Source of the DNA: Octopus vulgaris
Lineage: Eukaryota
DNA: 64,000 nt
Assembly: GCA_951406725.2 (NCBI GenBank)
Contig: CATOCA020000012.1
Location: 51,442-115,441, forward strand
Direction of reading: 5' to 3'
The first letter of the stretch is position 1. Every line of letters begins with the position of its first letter. Of this stretch, positions 1-11,434 are shown piece by piece. The notes under the pieces were generated by a model that was given only the letters and a program-made list of their open reading frames with translations, did no database searches and was not told the DNA's origin. A program made the position numbers and the translations under genes.

Positions 1-290
1 TCCTTGAATATTATAATTTAACAATAGATAATAGTAATTTAATTAGATGTAAGGGAAGTAACTCTGGAAGATTTTAAAGTTATCTTCCTTCGTAGAGTTA
101 CTTACCTTGCATATTTAATAATATGCAAGGGGGAGTAACTCTAGAAAGGGCAATAATTAAAAAATCTTCCAGAGTTAACTCCCTTACATCTAATAAAATT
201 AATATTATCTATTGTTAAATTATAATATTCAAGGGGAGTAACTCTAGAATGGGAAATAGGTACAAAATTTTCCAGAGTTACTTCCTTACA
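1..290. repeat. AT-rich ~105-bp repeat family (AAGGGAGGTAACTCT...AGAGTTACTCCCCTT motifs), units in inverted orientation
   Basis: 1-75 is approximately the reverse complement of 161-235; same family as 2917-3580, 10411-11100, 49200-49896. Confidence 0.85.
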
Positions 291-312
291 TTGTAACGTA
301 ATAACGTTACAA

Positions 313-390
313 TTAGGGTTTAGGGTTAGGTTGGGGTTAGGGTTTAAGGTTAGGGTTAGTGTTTAAGGTTAGGGGTTGGGGTTAAGGGTT
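313..390 (+). repeat. Degenerate (TTAGGG)n telomere-type tract
   Basis: ttagggtttagggttaggttggggttagggtttaaggttaggg... Confidence 0.85.
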
Positions 391-528
391 CTTCAAGAGC
401 TGCACTTAATGTTGCGTGTGTCCGTGTTTCTGGGTCGCAATTTTTGAACCATTCGTAAAGCATCAGGTAGACTTGTTTTACAGCGTCAATAGACTCATCA
501 TCAATTTTCAGTTCAGTTGTATCAACTC
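389..528 (-). pseudogene. Truncated exon encoding the C-terminal half of a putative death domain
   Basis: Minus strand: pyrimidine tract plus AG acceptor (CTATTTTTTTAG|G, AG at 530-529), then GVDTTELKIDDESIDAVKQVYLMLYEWFKNCDPETRTHATLSAALEE. This resembles the death-domain pattern (LG..., QxYxMLxxW, ATLxxALEE). The frame runs directly into the telomeric tract. Confidence 0.45.
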
Positions 529-1157
529 CTAAAAAAATAGCTGCGAAATACGCAACAATAAGAAATAAATGCAACAACCTTAACAATATTAACAATAATA
601 TAAAAGATGTGTGTTGTTATAAACATAACAAAGAAACTATTTCAAGAGAGAAATATAAAAAATATAGCTAAGAAACAAGAAAACTATAAGACGTTGTTAT
701 TTATATCTTTATAAATCCGAGTAAAATTACATAATGGATTTTAAAAAAACAAAGAAAAAATGAAATAAAATTTATGTTCCTGAAACAAAAAAGTGAAACA
801 GAATGTATACTCATACGTGTGTGTATTGTGTCGATGTATATATAATAAAAAAACAGTCTATATATTTATACTGGCGACAAGTGCGAGTGTCAATAGTTTA
901 TTATACATTGATTCGTATATGGCTTCCTTTATTGAATTCTAATTCAGAAAGATTGAAATCAATTCACTATTCACGAGTGAGTTCATATTCTTATGTATAT
1001 GTACATATAAACACATTAAACAAGAAAGAATGTCTTTATGTATTGTCATGCGTGTGTTTATATGTGTGTGTGTGTGTTATATTAGTTCTCAACAAGACAT
1101 ATTGGTACAAGGTTATCAAGGTAACAATGTCTTTATTATTATTATTATTATTATTAC

Positions 1158-1242
1158 GTTCTGAGTTCAAATTCCGCCGAGGGGTCCTACCGGGGTCGAT
1201 TAAATAAGTACCAGTTACGCGCTGGGGTCGATGTAATCGAAT
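1158..1242 (+). mobile_element. tRNA-derived SINE fragment (cephalopod-type), preceded by (TTA)n
   Basis: B-box-like GAGTTCAAATTCC followed by GGGGTCGAT...AAGTACCAGT...CTGGGGTCGATGTAATCGA. Confidence 0.55.
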
Positions 1243-1403
1243 TCTGGTTTGCACGCACAACGGTAGGAACCTAGGAAATTCTGACATATGGCACCATAAC
1301 GACAAGGATTCCTTAAACACTCGTTGATGTCTGAAAAATGAAGCAGAAATTTTATTATTTTCAAAATTATTTGAAGCAAAGAAAGAGTATTTCAATGGAA
1401 ATT

Positions 1404-1817
1404 GAGCCCTAACTCTACCCCTAACCCCTAACCCGAACCCCTTCTGTAACACTGAACCCCGAGACCACTTCTGTGACCACCCGAGACCCCATCTGTGACC
1501 CCACTTCTAGAGACTAACCCAAACCCCTGACCATGTGAGTCCCTCATCCCTGTGACAAGCGAGACCCCTTCCTGTGCCCAACCAATTCCGGAGACCCCAC
1601 CAATTCCCGAGACTAACACTAGCCCTAACTCTAACCCGAACCCATTCTGTAACCCTGAACCCCCGAGACCACTTTTGTGACCACCAGAGACCCCATCTGT
1701 GACCCAAATTCCAGAGACTAACCCAAACCCCTGACCATGTGAGCCCCTCATCCCTGTGACAAGCGAGACCCCTTCCTGTGAACCAAAACAAATTCCCGAG
1801 ACCCAACAAATTCCCGA
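1404..1817. repeat. Two tandem copies of a ~217-bp C-rich unit containing telomere-like hexamers
   Basis: AGCCCTAACTCTA at 1404 and 1621; shared CCGAGACC, CCCTGACCATGTGAG, CCCTGTGACAAGCGAGACCCCTTCCTGTG. Confidence 0.85.
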
Positions 1818-2352
1818 CCCTAACCCTAACCCTAACCCGAACACCACGAATTCCCGAGACTAACCCTAACCCTAACCCTAACCCGAACACCACGAATTCC
1901 CGAGACTAACCCTAACCCTAACCCTAACCCGAACACCACGAATTCCCGAGACTAACCCTAACCCTAACCCTAACCCGAACACCACAAATTCCCGAGACCA
2001 ACCCTAACCCTAACCCTAACCCTAACCCTAACCCAACTAACCCTAACCCTAACCCTAACCCTAACCCTAACCCTAACCCAACCTAACCCTAACCCTAACC
2101 CTAACCCTAACCCTAACCCAACCCTAACCCTAACCCTAACCCTAACCCTAACCCACAACCCCAACCCTAACCCTAACCCTAACCCTAACCCTAACCCTAA
2201 CCCAAACCCTAACCCAACCCTAACCCTAACCCTAACCCTAACCCTAACCCCAACCCAACTAACCCTAACCCTAACCCTAACCCGAACACCACAAATTCCC
2301 GAGACTAACCCTAACCCTAACCCTAACCCGAACACCACAAATTCCCGAGACT
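1818..2352. repeat. 46-bp telomere-hybrid unit CCCGAACACCAC(G/A)AATTCCCGAGACTAA(CCCTAA)3, six copies, interleaved with (CCCTAA)n
   Basis: CCCGAACACC starts at 1836, 1882, 1928, 1974, 2281 and 2327 (46-bp steps within each cluster). Confidence 0.9.
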
Positions 2353-2916
2353 TAACCCTAACCCTAACCCTAACCCTAACCCTAACCCTAACCCTAACCT
2401 ACTAACCCAACCCAAACCCCAACCCCAACCCTAACCCAACCCAACCCCAACCCAACCCAACCCTAACCCTAACCCTAACCCTAACCCTAACCCTAACCCT
2501 AACCCTAACCCTAACCCTAACCCTAACCCTAACCCAACCCCAACCCTAACCCTAACCCTAACCCTAACCCAACCCTAACCCTAACCCAACCCTAACCCAA
2601 CCCTAACCCTAACCCAACCCAACCCTAACCCTAACCCTAACCCTAACCCTAACCCTAACCCTAACCCTAACCCTAACCCTAACCCTAACCCTAACCCTAA
2701 CCCTAACCCTAACCCTAACCCTAACCCTAACCCTAACCCTAACCCTAACCCTAACCCTAACCCCAACCCTAACCCTAACCCCAACCCAACCCAACCCAAC
2801 CCCAACCCAACCAACCCTAACCCTAACCCTAACCCTAACCCTAACCCTAACCCTAACCCTAACCCTAACCCTAACCCTAACCAACCCCAACCCAACCCAA
2901 CCCTAACCCAACCCTA
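2000..2916 (-). repeat. (CCCTAA)n telomeric tract with CCCAA/CCCCAA variants
   Basis: Direct read of canonical metazoan telomere repeat, G-rich strand on minus. Confidence 0.95.
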
Positions 2917-3580
2917 AGATAACTAAACCCAAAACTCTTCCAGGGTTACCTCCCTTACATCTAATTAAATTACTATTATGTATTATTAAATTGAAATGTT
3001 CAAGGGAAGTAACTCTAGAAAGGGAGATAACTAAAAAAAAATCTCCCAGTTACCTCCCTTACATCTAATTCAATTACTATTATTTGTTATTAAATTAATG
3101 TATTCAAGGGGAGTAACTCTAGGAAGGGAGATTTACTCCCCTTGAATACTTCAATTTAATAACACAATAGTAATTTAATTAGATAAAGGGAGGTAACTCT
3201 GGAAGATTTTTTTTAGTTATCTCCCTTTCTAGAGTTACTCCCCTTGAACATTTCAATTTAATAATACATATTAATTTAATTAGATGTAAGGGAGGTAACT
3301 CTGGAAGATTTTTTAGTTCTCTACAGAGGAAGATAACTAAAAAATCTTCCAGAGTTACCTCCCTTATATCTAATTAAATTACTATTATGTATTATTAAAT
3401 TGAAATGTTCAAGGGGAGTAACTCTAGAAAGGGAGATAACTAAAAGATCTTCCAGAGTTACCTCCCTTACATCTAATTGAATTACTAATATGTATTATTA
3501 AATTGAAATATTCAAGGGGAGTAAATCTCCTAGAGATATATAAAAAAATCTTCAAAAGTTACCTCCCTTACATTTAATTA
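2917..3580. repeat. AT-rich ~105-bp telomere-adjacent repeat with orientation switches
   Basis: Recurrent AAGGGGAGTAACTCTAGAAAGGGAGATAACT and AGTTACCTCCCTTACATCTAATT; orientation flips near 3130 and 3325. Confidence 0.85.
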
Positions 3581-3651
3581 AATAACGACTATTATCAAAC
3601 TGTGTCATGGAAGCTAATTAACTCTACAATATAATGTTCAGACGTAACACT

Positions 3652-3850
3652 TTTACTCCTTTCCTTGTTTAGTCATTTCAATGTGCCCATGCTGGAGCAC
3701 AGCGTTTTCTAGAGCAAATCGACACTAGGACTTTTATCTACGTCAGTCTAGTATTTATTCTGTTGGTCTTCTTTTCCCGAACGGATAGGTTAATGGAGTG
3801 TAAAATTCACCGACATCGCTTGTGAAACGGTTTTGGGGACATCGAAACAC
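3652..3850 (-). mobile_element. Degenerate SINE (copies at ~11170-11370 and, inverted, ~48935-49130)
   Basis: CCATGCTGGAGCAC...AGCAAATCGACACTAGGACT...AGTATTTATTCT; related to fragments at 6250-6375, 24930-25110, 27380-27520. Confidence 0.55.
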
Positions 3851-3915
3851 ACACATATATACATATATATAAACATCTATATGTATATACATGTTTCTCT
3901 CTCTATATATATATT

Positions 3916-4761
3916 GCAGAAACAATACTGCTGTCTTTAGTGTTCCCACTGATATTGACGTAAGAGAAGCGAACGAAGTTGACTCCCAACACAAAATTGC
4001 AGACATAACCTTCACTCCCTCTGACATCGTAGCAGCAATAAATGAGGTCAAATACTACTCTGCTGTAGGCCCTGATAGATTCCCCGTTAGTCTCCTGAAG
4101 GAATGTAAACACCAACTTGCAGTCCCACTGACCAACCTCTGGAGAAATTCGTTAGATGCAGGTATATACCAAAACAGTTTCTATCCCAGTCAGTCATCCC
4201 GGTTTTCAAACAGGGAAACAGATCCCTCGCACTCAACTATCGCCCAATCTCACTCACCTCCCACATCATAAAAGTGTTTGAAAGGGTGTTAAGATCAAGG
4301 ATGGCTGACTTCCTGGAGACCCACAAACTCCTATATGCAAATCAGCATGGCTTTCGCTGTGGCAGGGACTGTCTAACACGGCTCTGACACCACATTGAAG
4401 ATGTACTCAAAGCCTTGGGAACAGGTTCGAACTCTGATGTCATATATCTTGACTTCAGTAAAGCGTTCGACAGGGTAGACCATAATATCCTACTCTCAAA
4501 ATTGGCAAATGTTGGAATCCGTGGAAAAGTTCTACACTGGATCAAGTATTTCCTGGCGAATACAACACAACATGTTGTAGTTGATGGAGTCCACTCAAGC
4601 CAAGCAAAAGTCACCAGCGGTGTCCCTCAGGGGTCTGTCTTGGGTCCGCTACTCTTCATAATCTACATAAACGACCTTTCCAGTGTCGTACATTACTGCA
4701 AAGTGAACATATTTGCTGATGACACCAAGCTCCAGCAAATCGTCAATGAAGAAGCAGACCG
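3916..4761 (+). pseudogene. Non-LTR (LINE, CR1/L2/Jockey-group-like) reverse transcriptase fragment, copy 1
   Basis: SAVGPD..F, [frameshift ~4170] VIPVFKQG..NYRPISLTS, NQHGFR, in-frame TGA at ~4385, YLDFSKAFDRVDH, GVPQGSVLGPLLF, FADDTKL; truncated at both ends. Confidence 0.92.
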
Positions 4762-5310
4762 ATCCAGGTATGTAGATACGGGGTGCTTAACACTCGCAAA
4801 TCTGGAGTCACTAAAGGTGCAATTGAACTTCTTTTCATTTAGAACTTAGGGATCTGCAAATGTCGGTATCTTAGAGATGCTTAAAGTGTTTGTTCTAGCT
4901 GTAATTGTCGCATACAAACAGACGCTCACACACGTATACACAGAAATAAAAACATTCACACAAACACAAACACTGAAATGAAAACAGTTACATACCTACA
5001 CATGCACACACACAAATAGAAATGAAAATAGTCACACACAAACATACGCACCCACACAGAAATGAAAACGCAGTTACACATTCACACATAAAACCCTAAC
5101 TAGCATAAACATACAATTTATTCAGAATGTAGAGGGGCATTGGGTGCTTTGCACTCGCAGTTAGAATATCAGCTCCCTCCACGCCAGAATTAGAATTTCT
5201 GTCATCCACTTGTGAAATTAATACATTGACGACACATGGGAAAAATATGAGCAACATCTGAAGCCACTAAAGGTGCAATAAATTGAACTTATTTGTATTA
5301 GTAGTTAGTG
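4762..5310 (+). repeat. CA-rich dispersed module beginning ATCCAGGTATGTAGATACGG (copies at 12281 and 25668; inverted copies ending at 28619 and 48029)
   Basis: Shared CTAAAGGTGCAAT..TTGAACTT, GGGATCTGCAAATGT, GGGGCATTGGGTGCTTTGCACTCGCAGTTAGAATATCAGC. Confidence 0.8.
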
Positions 5311-5323
5311 ATATATGAATATC

Positions 5324-5490
5324 GACGTAGGAATGGCTGTTGTAAGTAGTTTGCTTACGAACCACATGGTTTCGGGTTCATTCCCACTGCCTGTCATCTT
5401 CTGCAATTGTTACTATTGTAGCCCAGGGCCTAGCTAATCCTTGTGATGGGATTTAGTGGAAGGAAATTGATAGAATCTCGTCGTATATAC
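5324..5490 (+). mobile_element. tRNA-headed SINE (copies at ~12843-13010 and, inverted, ~45555-45722)
   Basis: A-box-like TGGCTGTTGTAAG, B-box-like GGGTTCATTCCC, body ending CTCGTCGTATATA followed by (TG)n. Confidence 0.6.
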
Positions 5491-5496
5491 GTTTAA

Positions 5497-5753
5497 ATGT
5501 GTGTGTGTGTGTGCATGTGTGTGTGTGTGTGTGTGCGTGTGTGCGTGTGTGCGTGCGTGCGTGTGTTTGTGTGTGTCTGTGTATGTTCGCACTCGAAGGG
5601 CACACGAGAATGCACGCACGTACTATCACACATACAGATGCAAGTTTTCTTAATAAAACGGAATGAACTCCCATTCCATCCCTTACAGTTTCTTTTTTGT
5701 TTTAGATACTACATATACGTGTGTTGGTATATTCACGTATATCTGTATGTATA

Positions 5754-5819
<66 letters not shown>

Positions 5820-5900
5820 TATATATATAAATATATATACGACGCTATGTACGACATATAAATACACAAACACATACATGTGTGTGTGTGTGTGTATATA
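5497..5900. repeat. (TG)n and (TA)n microsatellite cluster
   Basis: Direct read; tract lengths differ among the copies at 13017-13400 and 45135-45547. Confidence 0.9.
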
Positions 5901-6447
5901 TGAAGGTGCAATAAATTGACTTATTTTGATTTAGTATTTAGTGATCACAAATGTGGGTATCTTACAAATGGTCAAAGTGTTTGTTGTAGTTGTAAGTGAC
6001 GTACACACAAACAAATAGAAAAACTCAGTCGCTCACACACTCGCGCACACAGAAATAAAAACTCTCACACACAAACACTGAAATGAAAATACCCACACTC
6101 ACATAAATAAAAACAGTCCCCCACACACAAGGAGCCCCAATAGGTCTATCAAAAAAGTTTCTAGTATTTTTCCTGGCCCATAATTTATGATAATTGAAAT
6201 TCTTACAATAAATAAATAACTACTAAATAAGTATATCGAACATTACATCCCCGTAACTTATCGGTTCTGCAAAAGAGACCTATACATTAAGTAATAGGCA
6301 TACAAAGAATAATTTCTGGGCTTGATTTGCTTCACTAAAGGCGGTGCTCCACCATGGTCGCAGTGAAATAACGGAAAGAGTCTAAGAGCGACAAAGCGTA
6401 TATTACGATAACTACATACTTAAGGGAGATAACTACTTAAGGGAGGT

Positions 6448-9400
6448 AATTACGTGGCCCTGAATTACATGCACCTGAATGTCCTGCCCCTTAATTACAT
6501 GGCCCTGAATTACATGGCCCTGAATTACATGACCCTGTATTACCTGCCCTTGAATTACCTGTACCTGAGTTACATGTCCCTGAATTACATGCACCTGAAT
6601 TACCTGCCCGTCAATTACCTTCCCCTGAATTACATATCCCTGAATTACATGTCCCTGAATGACATTCCTCTAAATTACCAACCGCTGCATTACCTGCCCC
6701 TGGATTACATTACCCCTGAATTACCCGCCCCTGAATTACATGCCCGAATTACATGCCCCTGAATTTCATGCCCCTGAATTAACTGCCCCTCAATTACCTG
6801 CTCCTTAATTACATGGCCCTGAATTTCCTGCCCCTTAATTACATGCCCCTGTATTACCTGCCCTTGAATTACCTGCCCCTGAGTTACATGTCCCTGAATT
6901 ACCTGCCCCTCAATTACCTTTCCCTGAATTACATGCCCCTGAATTACATGTCCCGGAATTATCTGCCAATGAATGACATTCCTCTAAATTACCTGCCCCT
7001 GAATTACATACCCCTGAATTACCTTCCCCTAAATTACATGCATCTGAATTACCTGCCCCTGAATTACAAACACCTGAATTAGATGCCCCTGAATTACCTG
7101 CCCCTCAATTACATGCACATGAATGACCTGACCCTGAATGATATGCCCCTCAATTATCTATCCCTAAATTACCTGCCCCGGAATTACCTGCCCGTGAATG
7201 TCATGCCCCTGGATTAACTGCCCCTGAATTACATGCCCCTGAATAACATACACCAGAATAAGATACACCTGAATTACCTGCCCCAAAATTAAATACCCCT
7301 GAATTACCTGCCCCTAAATTACATGCATCTGAATTACATGGCCCTGAATTATCTGCCCCTCAATTACATGCCTCTTAATTACATGCACCTGTATGACCTG
7401 ACCCTGAATTATCTATCCCTAAATTACCTGCCCATGAATTACCTGCCCGTGAATGACATGCCCCTGAATTACCTGCACCTAGATTACCTGCCCCAGAATT
7501 ACATGCCCCTGAATTACCTGCCCATGAATGACATTCCTCTAAATTACCTGTCCCTGAATTACCTTCCTCTGAATTACCCACCCATGAATTACATGCCCCT
7601 GAATTACATGCCCCTGAATTACCTACCCCTGAATTAACTACCCCTCAATTACATGCCCCTGGATTACCTAACCCAGAATTACATGCACCTGGATTACCTA
7701 ACCCAGAATTACATGCACCTGAATTACATGCCCCTTAATTACATGCCCCTGAATTACCTGCACCTGAATGACATGCCCCTGAATTACCTCCCCCTGAATT
7801 ACCATCCCCTGAATTTCATGCCCATGAATTACCTGCCCCTGAATGACCTGCCCCTTAATTACATACCCCTGGATTACCTGTCCCTGAATAACCTATACCT
7901 GAATAACCTGACACTCAATAATCTGCCCCTGAAGTTCCTGCCCCTAAATTACCTTCCCCTGAATTACATGCCCCTGAATTACCTGCCCATGAATTACATG
8001 CACCTGAATTACATGCCCCTGAATTACATACACCTGAATTACCTGCCCCTGAGTCTGAATTACCTGCTCCTGAATTACATACACCTGAATTACATGCCTT
8101 TGAATTAACTGCCCCTAAATTATGGGCCCCTGAATTACCTGTCGCTGAATGACATGCCCCTCAATCACCAGCCCATGAATGACATTCCTATAAATTACCT
8201 GTCCCTGAATTACCCCTGAATTACCTTCCCCTGAATTACCTGCCCCTGAATTACCTGCCCCTCAATCACCTGCGCATGAATGACATCCCTATAAATTACC
8301 TTTCCCTGAATTACCCCTGAATTACACTCTAAATTACCGGCCCCTGAATTACATGCCCCTGAATTACATGCCCCTGATTACCTGCCCCTAAATTACCTGC
8401 CCATGAATGACATTCCTCTAAATTACCTGTCCCTGAATTACCCCTGAATTACCTTCCCCTGAAATATATTGCTCTGAATTACCCACCCACGAATTACATG
8501 CCCCTGAATTACCTACCCCTGAATTACATACACCTGAATTACATGCCCCTCAATTACCTGCACCTCAATTACATGCCCCTGAATTACATGCACCTGAATT
8601 ACCTGCACCTGAATTACATGGCCCTGAAATACATTGCTCTGAATTCCCCACCAACGAATTACATGCCCTTGAATTACATGCCCCTGAATTACCTTCCCCA
8701 GAATTACATACATCTGAATTACATGCCCCTCAATTACCTGCACCTCAATTCCATGCCCCTGAATTACATGCCCCTGAATTACATAAACCCTGAATTACCT
8801 GCCCCTCAATTACCTGCGTCTGAATTACCTTGCTCTGAATGACATGCCCCTTAATTACTTAACCCTGAAGTACCTGCCCCTGAATTACCTGCCACTAAAT
8901 TACATGCATCTAAATTACATGCATCTGAATTACCTGCCCCTGAATTACAAACACCTGAATTACATGACCCTGAATTACCTGCCCCTCAATTACATGTCTC
9001 TTAATTACATGCACCTGAATGACCTGCCCCTGAATGACATGTCTCTGAATTGTCTATCCCTAAATTATCTGCCCCTGAATTACCTGCCCGTGAATGACAT
9101 ACCCCTGAAATACCTGCACCTAGATTACCTGCCCCTGAATTACATTTCATCTGAATTACCTGCCCATGAATGACATTCCTATAAATTACCTGTCCCTAAA
9201 TTACCCCTGAATTACATTCCTCTGAATTACCTGCCCCTGAATTACCTGCCCCTGGATTACCTTCCCCTCAATTACCCGCCCATGAATTACATGCCCCTGA
9301 ATTAAATGCCCCTGAATTACATACATCTGAATTATCAGCTCCTGAATTACATGCCCCTGAATTATCTGCCTCTGAGTCCCTGAATTACATGCCCGTGAAT

Positions 9401-9900
9401 TACCTGCCCCTCAATTACCTACCCATGAATTACATACACCTGAATTACCTGCCCGTGAATTACCTGCCCCTAAAATACATGCCCCTGAATGACATGCCCC
9501 TCAATTACCTGCCCATGAATTACATGCCCCTGAACTACCTGCCCCTTAATTACATGTCCCTGAATTATCTGCCAATGAATGACATACCTCTAAATTACCT
9601 GCCCCTGAATTACATACCCCTGAATTACCTGCCTCTAAATTACTACATGCATCTGAATTACCTGCCCCTGAATTACAAACACCTGAATTACCTGCCCCTC
9701 AATTACATGCCTCTTAATTACATGCACATGAATGATCTGACCCTGAATGATATGCCCCTGAATTATCTATCCCTAAATTACCTGCCCGGAATTACCTGCC
9801 AGTGAATGACACACCTCTGGATTAACTGCCCCTGAATAACCTGCCCCTGAATAACATACACCTGAATTACCTTCCCCAGAATTACATGCCCCTGAATTAC
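6448..9900 (+). repeat. 15-bp satellite, consensus AATTAC(A/C)TGCCCCTG, copy 1 (cut by gap)
   Basis: 15-bp periodicity; produces the spurious (Y-[ML]-P-L-N)n ORFs. Confidence 0.95.
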
Positions 9901-10000
9901 NNNNNNNNNNNNNNNNNNNNNNNNNNNNNNNNNNNNNNNNNNNNNNNNNNNNNNNNNNNNNNNNNNNNNNNNNNNNNNNNNNNNNNNNNNNNNNNNNNNN
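9901..10000. other. Scaffolding gap (100 N)
   Basis: Exactly 100 N, a typical unknown-size join. Confidence 0.98.
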
Positions 10001-10224
10001 AACCCTAACCCTAACCCTAACCCAACCCCAACCTTAACCCTAACCCCAACCCAACCCCAACCCTAACCCTAACCCCAACCCAACCCTAACCCTAACCCTA
10101 ACCCTAACCCTAACCCTAACCCTAACCCTAACCCTAACCCTAACCCTAACCCTAACCCTAACCCTAACCCTAACCCTAACCCTAACCCTAAACCCTAAAC
10201 CCTAACCCTAACCCAACCCCAACC

Positions 10225-10265
<41 letters not shown>

Positions 10266-10410
10266 CCCTAACCCTAACCCCAACCCTAACCCTAACCCTA
10301 ACCCTAACCCCAACCCTAACCCTAACCCCAACCCTAACCCTAACCCTAACCCTAACCCTAACCCTAACCCCTAACCCTAACCCTAACCCTAACCCTAACC
10401 CTAACCCTAA
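10001..10410 (-). repeat. (CCCTAA)n telomeric tract at contig start
   Basis: Direct read. Confidence 0.95.
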
Positions 10411-11100
10411 TTTAATAATATGCGAGGGGAGTAACTCTAGAAAGGGAGATAACTAAAAAAAACTCTTCCAGGGTTACCTCCCTTACATCTAATTAAATTA
10501 CTATTATGTATTATTAAATTGAAATGTTCAAGGGAAGTAACTCTAGAAAGGGAGATAACTAAAAAAAATCTCCCAGTTACCTCCCTTATATCTAATTCAA
10601 TTACTATTATTTGTTATTAATTTAATGTATTCAAGGGGAGTAACTCTAGGAAGGGAGATTTACTCCCCTTGAATACTTCAATTTAATAACACAATAGTAA
10701 TTTAATTAGATAAAGGAGGTAACTCTGGAAGATTTTTTAGTTATCTCCTTTCTAGAGTTATCCCTTGAACATTTCAATTTAATAATACATATTAATTTAA
10801 TTAGATGTAAGGGAGGTAACTCTGGAAGATTTTTTAGTTCTCTACAGAGGAAGATAACTAAAAAATCTTCCAGAGTTACCTCCCTTATATCTAATTAAAT
10901 TACTATTATGTATTATTAAATTGAAATGTTCAAGGGGAGTAACTCTAGAAAGGGAGATAACTAAAAGATCTTCCAGAGTTACCTCCCTTACATCTAATTG
11001 AATTACTAATATGTATTATTAAATTGAAATATTCAAGGGGAGTAAATCTCCTAGAGATATATAAAAAAATCTTCAAAAGTTACCTCCCTTACATTTAATT
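10411..11100. repeat. AT-rich ~105-bp telomere-adjacent repeat, copy 2
   Basis: Matches 2917-3580 and, inverted, 49200-49896. Confidence 0.85.
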
Positions 11101-11434
11101 AAATAACGACTATTATCAAACTGTGTCATGGAAGCTAATTAACTCTACAATATAATGTTCAGACGTAACACTTTTACTCCTTTCCTTGTTTAGTCATTTC
11201 AATGTGCCCATGCTGGAGCACAGCGTTTTCTAGAGCAAATCGACACTAGGACTTTTATCTACGTCAGTCTAGTATTTATTCTGTTGGTCTTCTTTTCCCG
11301 AACGGATAGGTTAATGGAGTGTAAAATTCACCGACATCGCTTGTGAAACGGTTTTGGGGACATCGAAACACACACATATATACATATATATAAACATCTA
11401 TATGTATATACATGTTTCTCTCTATATATATATT

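Larger units (their letters stand above)
2917..9900 (+). repeat. ~7-kb near-identical direct copy of ~10448-17470
   Basis: Offset of 7519 bp in the RT region (ORFs 4415 and 11934 translate identically); rare satellite variants occur in the same order. Confidence 0.93.

Noticed and set aside
803-2895. Short ORFs over microsatellite and telomeric repeats (GLGL, VRVR, YIYI, CVCV types)
   Set aside because: Low-complexity translations
3916-4761. Active or telomere-specific retrotransposon (TRAS/SART, HeT-A/TART-like)
   Set aside because: Short, frameshifted fragment about 1 kb from the telomere repeats, not inserted in them; the three copies arise from segmental duplication
5324-5400. tRNA genes
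   Set aside because: A/B-box-like motifs belong to degenerate SINE heads; no cloverleaf is evident
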